Positions 26,478-32,000 of a stretch of 32,000 nt of DNA are shown one piece after another. The first letter of the stretch is position 1. The number at the start of each line of letters is the position of its first letter. The stretch spans positions 1,080,001 to 1,112,000 of the forward strand of contig NZ_CP030918.1 of NCBI RefSeq assembly GCF_003324675.1, written 5' to 3'. The notes below the pieces were generated by a model. That model saw only the letters and a program-made list of their open reading frames with translations, was not told where the DNA came from and made no database searches. This DNA is from Paracoccus suum. GTDB lineage: Bacteria; Pseudomonadota; Alphaproteobacteria; Rhodobacterales; Rhodobacteraceae. A program made the translations under genes and the position numbers.

Positions 26478-28298
26478 ATGCCCGCCATTTCTCCGCTGAT
26501 CTTGATTTGTCCGCCGCTGAACCGTTCGGCTGGCGGCGGCGGGGCGCCTTTCCAATCCGACGACTTTGCAAGTCTGGTCGATTTCGTCGCGACCGATCTG
26601 CAGGATTGCGACGCTGGGGTTGCCGAACAAGCTGAGGCGCCCGGACTGTCGGGGACGGAGGAGGAGAGCGGGGCGGGTGCCCTGACTTTCTTCGGCTGGT
26701 TCCCGACACTTGGGACCGAAGCGGCAGGGGACGCGGCGAGGACGGGTCCGAGGGGCGAGGAAGCATCCAGCGTGGACGCGGCCAAATCCCGTGCGGATCA
26801 AGGTTTCGCGACGCCCACAGAGGACGGCCTAGAGGAGTCGGCACGTCGGCAGTTTTTGGGGGGCGCCGACCGCGTAAACGACCTCCAGGTGATGAGTGTC
26901 CCCCTTGGTCCGCCTGCGGCGCAACTCGCACCGACGGCCTCAGGGGAAAGTCGCCCCGCACTGCCGTTGGCGGAAGAAGTGGCGGCCCAGCCCGCCAAAC
27001 CGGCACAATCCAAGTCACCTCTTTCGGGCGAGATAGTCCTTGCTCGTCCTTCGGGCGATGCCGCCGCCTTGCCCTGCAGATCCGTTGCTGCTGATGCGTT
27101 ATCGCCTGCGGCTCCCGATGTCCTCGCAACCACGGCCCGACAAATGCCCCCGTCCGAGGATCTGGGTAAAACGGAAGGTGCAGGTAAAGAGGAAGCCGTC
27201 AGCAAAAGAACCACGATCGTTCGTCCAGCCCGACAAGGCGGCCCGGGCGCATCTGCCGATCGCGGCACCGTGGCTGAAACGGGGGACGTCCCCGCGCGCG
27301 CCTCCAGTTTTCCAACGCCTGCCGGCCCGCTGCCGACACTAGGAGACGAAATGCAGACCCGCGCGGATGAAGCAAGGCAAGTTTTGCCGCGCCCGCAGGC
27401 ACCAGTTCGGCACGAGCCTGCGCCGAGTCCGCCTCTCGCGGTAATCGAGATCGCGAGGGTGGGGGAATTGCCCAAACACGACGCCGCGAAGGTACCGATC
27501 GACGGGGAGACTGACGACGAGCTCGGTGATGATGGTGGGCAGGTGCGACTCAGGCTGGACCCGCCGGTCGCGGTGCATAGCAGAGCGGACGCTCCTTCCT
27601 CAGGGCTCGTGCGGCCGCGGGAGGACCACGCGGGTTTCGTCGCCGTCGTCCAACGACAGGTTCACGCGGATCGTCAGTTTTCGCAGCCATCGACTAGTCA
27701 CGTAACTAGTTGGCCCCATGCAGATTGGCCTTCCCCGGCGGAGACGTCGTCTGACGAGCCGCGCCTGAGCAGCGCCTCCTCCCCGGACGCCCAGCTCAAT
27801 GACATGCACGTCTTTGACGCAGCGGTCGGCGATCGGCATGGGGAGCCAGCCTCGCCCCCGGGGGTGAGCGGCCAGCCCTCATTCCGACCGACACAGGTGC
27901 ACGCCCCCCTTGCACGCGCGCATCACGCGACTCCCAGCCCCGACATCGAGATGCGGGATGGTGCAGCGCATCTGACGCTCGAGGGGGATGAACTGGGCCG
28001 GATCGATATTCGGGTCGAGCGTGGGGATGCAGGCATCGCGATCGTGATGCGCGCAGAGCGCGGAGAGAGTGCCGAGTTGATGCGCCGGAACGCAGATATT
28101 TTGCACAGAGAGTTGGCAGAGAGCGGGATCGGCAACGCGCGACTTGATTTCGGTCAAGGCGGAGGGCCGAGCCCGGGGATGGGCGGCCAATCGGGCGAGC
28201 GCGGCACTCGCGGCCGGCCTGACGGCCGCGAGGCCATTCGCCCGGAGAATGCAAAACAGACGCGCAAGGTCAGCGACCGCGTGGATTTGCGATTGTGA
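26478..28298 (+). CDS. fliK: Flagellar hook-length control protein FliK
   Basis: 606-aa Pro/Ala-rich ORF with a C-terminal Flg_hook-type domain (LTLEGDELGRIDIRVE...AELMRRNADILHRELAESGI...LDFGQGG). AAAGGAA RBS upstream. Confidence 0.8.
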   Translation: MPAISPLILICPPLNRSAGGGGAPFQSDDFASLVDFVATDLQDCDAGVAEQAEAPGLSGTEEESGAGALTFFGWFPTLGTEAAGDAARTGPRGEEASSVDAAKSRADQGFATPTEDGLEESARRQFLGGADRVNDLQVMSVPLGPPAAQLAPTASGESRPALPLAEEVAAQPAKPAQSKSPLSGEIVLARPSGDAAALPCRSVAADALSPAAPDVLATTARQMPPSEDLGKTEGAGKEEAVSKRTTIVRPARQGGPGASADRGTVAETGDVPARASSFPTPAGPLPTLGDEMQTRADEARQVLPRPQAPVRHEPAPSPPLAVIEIARVGELPKHDAAKVPIDGETDDELGDDGGQVRLRLDPPVAVHSRADAPSSGLVRPREDHAGFVAVVQRQVHADRQFSQPSTSHVTSWPHADWPSPAETSSDEPRLSSASSPDAQLNDMHVFDAAVGDRHGEPASPPGVSGQPSFRPTQVHAPLARAHHATPSPDIEMRDGAAHLTLEGDELGRIDIRVERGDAGIAIVMRAERGESAELMRRNADILHRELAESGIGNARLDFGQGGGPSPGMGGQSGERGTRGRPDGREAIRPENAKQTRKVSDRVDLRL

Positions 28299-28362
28299 CG
28301 GCCGCGCCGCACTTCCCAGGCGACCGCCGCAGGTCGCTACTGCCGCAACGTAGGAGCATGAG

Positions 28363-29085
28363 ATGATCAACAGTTTGGCGGCCCAGACACTGGCAACGGC
28401 GGCCGTTAGCCCGGGCGTGGCGGCCGGCGGCACGGAGACGGCGCCGGCCAAGAAAAGCGCGTTCGCGAACGGCGACTTCGAGACGTTCCTGAAAATGCTG
28501 ACAACGCAGATCAAGAATCAAGACCCTCTCAACCCGATGGAGGGGTCGGACTTTGCGGTCCAGCTAGCGACTTTCTCCGGGGTCGAGCAACAGGTCCGCA
28601 CGAATGAGCTGCTGACGGGAATGAACGGCGGGGGCAGTGGGATCGCAGGGCTGACGCAATATGCGGGTTGGATCGGCAAGGAGGTGCGCTCGACCGCGCC
28701 TGTCGCCTATGCCGGGCAGACCGTCACCCTGGAGGTGACCTCGGATCCGGCGGCGGACGATGTGGTTCTGATCAGCCGGGACGCGAGGGGCAAGATCGTC
28801 ACGCAGGACAGTATCGGCGCCGGTAACGGTCCGGTCGATTGGCTGGGGATGGACGCGGCAGGGGCAAGGCTGCCGAACGGGACCTACACCTTTGAGGTGG
28901 CGAACATGAAGAATGGCGAGGTCTTGTCGACCACGCGGGTGGCCAGCTACGCCGCCGTTGAGGCGGCAGAGACCGGGTCCGAGGGCGTAAAACTTGTCCT
29001 TGCCGGCGGAATCAAGGTCAGCGCGGACGCCGTAACAGCCATTCGCGAGATAGCGTTGCCAGCCAGCACGGTCGGCGCTCCCTGA
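28363..29085 (+). CDS. flgD: Flagellar hook assembly/capping protein FlgD
   Basis: 240-aa ORF with the FlgD N-terminal motif (FETFLKMLTTQIKNQDPLNPM, QLATFSGVEQ). AGGAG RBS upstream. Confidence 0.9.
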   Translation: MINSLAAQTLATAAVSPGVAAGGTETAPAKKSAFANGDFETFLKMLTTQIKNQDPLNPMEGSDFAVQLATFSGVEQQVRTNELLTGMNGGGSGIAGLTQYAGWIGKEVRSTAPVAYAGQTVTLEVTSDPAADDVVLISRDARGKIVTQDSIGAGNGPVDWLGMDAAGARLPNGTYTFEVANMKNGEVLSTTRVASYAAVEAAETGSEGVKLVLAGGIKVSADAVTAIREIALPASTVGAP

Positions 29086-29192
29086 CTCAGTCGGCGGCAA
29101 ATCTGCCTCAGCCGTCGTGGCAAATTTTCGCCATTTTTATGGACGCAGGCGATAGGCAAAAGGCGCCCTGCGGCAGCAGCGCGCGCCCTCGC

Positions 29193-30728
29193 TCAGAAGA
29201 TTGCTGCCACCAGCACTGTCGCCAGAACGCCGAGCGCCGCACCCAGGACCAGCCAAGCCGCCGCCGCCGAAGTTGACGGGGCCGGTTGAACCACGGGCTG
29301 CGGATGGGCGGCCTGCCACAGGCTGCGCTCGACCAGCGCCGGCAGCAGCGGGCCGTGGCGCGCGAGGGTTTGCAGGACCCGGCTGGCATCGGTGGCGATC
29401 GCCTTGGGACCCAGGCTGGCGCGGATGTAATCCTCGACCACGGGGCGGGCGACCTGCCACATGTTGATCTGCGGGTCCAGCGACCGGGCCACGCCCTCGA
29501 CCACCACCATCGTGCGCTGCAGCAGGATCAGTTGGGTCTGGGTCTGCATCCCGAATCGCTCGGTCACCTCGAAAAGGTAGGACAGCAGGTTTGCCATCGA
29601 GATGCGGCTGGCATCCGCGCCGAAGATCGGCTCGCCCACCGCGCGCAGCGCACGGGCGAAGGCGTCCATGTCGCGGTCGCGGGGGACGTAGCCGGCCTCG
29701 AAATGGACGCGGGCGACGCGGCGGTAATCGCGCTGGATGAAGCCCATCAAGATCTCTGCATAGGTGCGACGGGTATACTCGTCGATCTCGCCCATGATGC
29801 CGAAATCATAGGCGATGATGTCCCCGTTGGCGGCGACCTTGAGGTTGCCCTGGTGCATATCGCCGTGAAAAAAGCCGTCGCGCAGCGCGTGGCGCAGGAA
29901 AAGTTGCAGCAGGCTCTGCCCGATCCGTGCCGGGTCATGCCCTGCCGCGCGGATCGCCGCGACATCACCCATTGGCGTGCCCTCGGCCCAGTCCGAGGTC
30001 ATGACGCGCCGTGCCGACAGGTCCCAGTGCGGACGCGGTGCGGCAAAACCGGCGTCGTCTTTGGTATTTTCGCGAAACTCGGAGGCAGAGGCGGCCTCAA
30101 GCCGCAGGTCCAGCTCGGCCATCACGACCGATTCGAAATGGGAGACGACATCGCGTGGGCGCAGGCGGCGGCTGGAGGGCGAGAGCCGCTCGACCAGGGA
30201 TGCGCCGAAGTGAAAGGCGTCGATGTCGCGCCGGAAGGCGGCGGCGATGCCGGGACGCAGCACCTTGACCGCGACCTCGCCCCTCGTGTCGGCGCGAATG
30301 GCGCGGTGGACCTGGGCGATCGAGGCTGCGGCGACTGGCTCGGACAGGGTGGCGAACAACTCGTCGGGCGGGGCACCCAGTTCTGCCGCGATGATCTGGC
30401 GGGCTATCGGTGTCGGAAAGGGGGGCAGCCGATCCTGCAGCACCGCCAACTGGCCGGCCAGATCGACCCCCACGACATCGGCGCGAGTCGACAGGATCTG
30501 GCCGAACTTGACATAGGCCGGCCCCAGCGCGTTCAGGGCGCGCGGGATCGGCGGCAGCGCCGGATCGCCGCGAAAGCCAAGCCAGCGAAATGGCCAGCCG
30601 AGGATTCGCGCGGCCGCGCGAACGCGCGGGGATGCGCCCATGGCGTCCAGCGCGGCGCCCATCGCTCCGGTCCGTTCGAACGTGGCGCCCGTTCGGATCA
30701 AGCGCAGCAGATTATGCGGTCCGCGCAA
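29193..30728 (-). CDS. ubiB: Ubiquinone biosynthesis protein kinase UbiB (ABC1/ADCK family)
   Basis: 511-aa ORF with ABC1 kinase-like motifs (GPAYVKFGQILSTR, AAASIAQVH, FHGDMHQGN) and a C-terminal TM segment. TTG start directly abuts the ubiE stop. Confidence 0.9.
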   Translation of the reverse strand: MRGPHNLLRLIRTGATFERTGAMGAALDAMGASPRVRAAARILGWPFRWLGFRGDPALPPIPRALNALGPAYVKFGQILSTRADVVGVDLAGQLAVLQDRLPPFPTPIARQIIAAELGAPPDELFATLSEPVAAASIAQVHRAIRADTRGEVAVKVLRPGIAAAFRRDIDAFHFGASLVERLSPSSRRLRPRDVVSHFESVVMAELDLRLEAASASEFRENTKDDAGFAAPRPHWDLSARRVMTSDWAEGTPMGDVAAIRAAGHDPARIGQSLLQLFLRHALRDGFFHGDMHQGNLKVAANGDIIAYDFGIMGEIDEYTRRTYAEILMGFIQRDYRRVARVHFEAGYVPRDRDMDAFARALRAVGEPIFGADASRISMANLLSYLFEVTERFGMQTQTQLILLQRTMVVVEGVARSLDPQINMWQVARPVVEDYIRASLGPKAIATDASRVLQTLARHGPLLPALVERSLWQAAHPQPVVQPAPSTSAAAAWLVLGAALGVLATVLVAAIF

Positions 30729-31481
30729 CTAGATCTTCCAACCCGAATGCAGTGCGGCGATGCCCATCGACATGTTCCGATAACTGACGCGAGCAAAGCC
30801 CGCATCGCGGATCATGGCAGCGAAACGCTCCTGATCGGGAAAGCGGCGAATCGATTCGACCAGGTACTGATAGCTATCGCGGTCGTTGGCGACGGCCTGC
30901 CCGAGGGGCGGGATCACGTTGAAGGAATAGCGGTCGTAGGCCCACTGCAACGCGGGCACCGGCAGTTGGCTGAACTCCAGCACCACTAACCGGCCGCCGG
31001 GTTTCAGCACGCGGTAAGCGTCGGACAGGGCGGCCTCGATCCGGGTGACGTTGCGGATGCCGAAGCTGATCGTATAGCGGTCGAAGCTGGCGTCGGCGAA
31101 GGGCAGGGCCATGGCGTCGCCCACCACCCAGTCAAGGCAGTTCCCCATTGCTTGCGCCTCGGCGCGGGCCCGACCCTCGATCAGCATCGCCTCTGTCAGA
31201 TCGCACACCGTCACATGGGCGCCGGGTGCACGATCCAGAAAGCGAAAGGCGATGTCGCCCGTCCCGCCCGCCACATCCAGCAGGTGCTGGCCGTTTTGCG
31301 GCGCCAGCCAGTCCATCATCGCGGCTTTCCACAGGCGATGGACCCCGACGCTCATCAGGTCGTTCATCACGTCATAGCGCGATGCGACGCGCGAGAACAC
31401 GCCATGCACCAGCCCGGCCTTCTGATCCTCGGGCACGTCGCGAAAGCCGAAATGGGTTTTCCTGCCGGGGCCGTCGTCCAT
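30729..31481 (-). CDS. ubiE: Ubiquinone/menaquinone biosynthesis C-methyltransferase UbiE
   Basis: Last 250 aa of ORF 30729..31802, from ATG 31481. Motifs: [38 protein letters not shown]. Confidence 0.9.
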   Translation of the reverse strand: MDDGPGRKTHFGFRDVPEDQKAGLVHGVFSRVASRYDVMNDLMSVGVHRLWKAAMMDWLAPQNGQHLLDVAGGTGDIAFRFLDRAPGAHVTVCDLTEAMLIEGRARAEAQAMGNCLDWVVGDAMALPFADASFDRYTISFGIRNVTRIEAALSDAYRVLKPGGRLVVLEFSQLPVPALQWAYDRYSFNVIPPLGQAVANDRDSYQYLVESIRRFPDQERFAAMIRDAGFARVSYRNMSMGIAALHSGWKI

Positions 31482-31563
31482 GGTGCTTGCCGTTCGCCTG
31501 CTACATCCGGCAAGACTGGGGCGCCCGCCGATCGGCGGCGACAGTGCAACGGATGGGCCCGGA

Positions 31564-32000
31564 ATGCCAGAACTGCCGGAGGTCGAGACGGTGCGACGCG
31601 GCCTTGAGCCGCATCTGGTCGGCCAGAAGATTGCCCGGGTCGAGGTGCGCCGGCCGGACCTGCGCTGGCCGCTGCCGGTAGATCTGGTGCAGGTGCTGAC
31701 CGGCGCCACGGTCACCGACCTCGGGCGGCGGTCGAAATACCTGCTGGGCACGCTCGATCGCGGCCCGGTCTTGCTGCTGCATCTGGGCATGTCGGGGCGC
31801 ATGCTCGTCGAGGGTGGGCCCTTGGCCGAGTTTCACCGCGACCCCGGCGTCCTGCCCCGGCACGACCACGTGGTCCTGACGATGGCTGATGGCACGACCA
31901 TCACCTTCAACGACGCGCGCCGCTTTGGCATGGTGGATCTGATCGCCCCCGGCGCGGTGCATCCGCTGCTGGCCAAGCTGGGACCGGAACCGCTTGAGGG
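31564..32000 (+). CDS. mutM: Formamidopyrimidine-DNA glycosylase (5' partial, runs off the window)
   Basis: ATG at 31564 translated by hand: [23 protein letters not shown]...GMSGR... This is the canonical Fpg N-terminus. Absent from the ORF track because there is no stop in the window. Confidence 0.9.
   Translation, partial: MPELPEVETVRRGLEPHLVGQKIARVEVRRPDLRWPLPVDLVQVLTGATVTDLGRRSKYLLGTLDRGPVLLLHLGMSGRMLVEGGPLAEFHRDPGVLPRHDHVVLTMADGTTITFNDARRFGMVDLIAPGAVHPLLAKLGPEPLE

Noticed and set aside
29117-29171. Hairpins between flgD and ubiB (TGGC...GCCA followed by TTTTT, about 29117-29137; CGCAGG...CCTGCG, 29143-29171) as intrinsic terminators
   Set aside because: The stems are short or imperfect (4 bp, or 6 bp plus a bulge), and only one is followed by a T-run. 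Too weak to annotate as features.
31482-31802. N-terminal extension of the ubiE ORF (30729..31802)
   Set aside because: It overlaps the mutM start region on the opposite strand and has no UbiE similarity. The conserved N-terminus begins at ATG 31481.
1-32000. CRISPR arrays, rRNA/tRNA genes, IS elements, prophage genes
   Set aside because: Reading both strands turned up no regularly spaced repeats, no conserved rRNA or tRNA motifs, and no transposase or phage structural signatures. Absence was not verified computationally.

Overview
High-GC chromosomal segment, roughly 65-70% GC by hand counts of sample lines. Gene content and order suggest an alphaproteobacterium, probably Rhodobacterales-like (inference only). 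Most of the window is tightly packed housekeeping genes: ptsN, a DUF3035 lipoprotein, lspA, purH, a heparinase II/III-like gene, rsmB, DUF1674, dapB, rbfA, DUF2233, a yhhQ-like transporter, a phytase-like gene, mepA, an MFS transporter, a thioesterase, yggT, recQ, carB, ubiB, ubiE and the 5' part of mutM. Several gene pairs have start/stop overlaps that suggest translational coupling. Two regions look accessory. (1) A sharp ~1.9 kb drop to about 35-45% GC lies between recQ and carB (~17200-19070). It carries one large minus-strand gene (17244..18788/18830). Its product has an N-terminal degenerate P-loop/kinase-like region and a C-terminal zinc deaminase with HAE and PCxxC motifs read directly from the sequence. 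From memory, this architecture matches the anti-phage dCTP-deaminase (nucleotide-depletion) defence family. A small divergent ORF with a near-perfect Shine-Dalgarno sits beside it, and no integrase, transposase or tRNA is visible. (2) A flagellar sub-cluster lies between carB and ubiB (22743-29085): DUF1217, flbT, flaF, flagellin, a possible FlgN-like ORF, a rod-binding protein, fliK and flgD. Its left part is noticeably lower in GC (~50-55%). A 9-nt tandem direct repeat sits at the candidate flagellin promoter. I recognised no rRNA, tRNA, CRISPR array, IS element or prophage genes. Many long ORFs in the track are antisense or shadow ORFs typical of high-GC DNA and were rejected.
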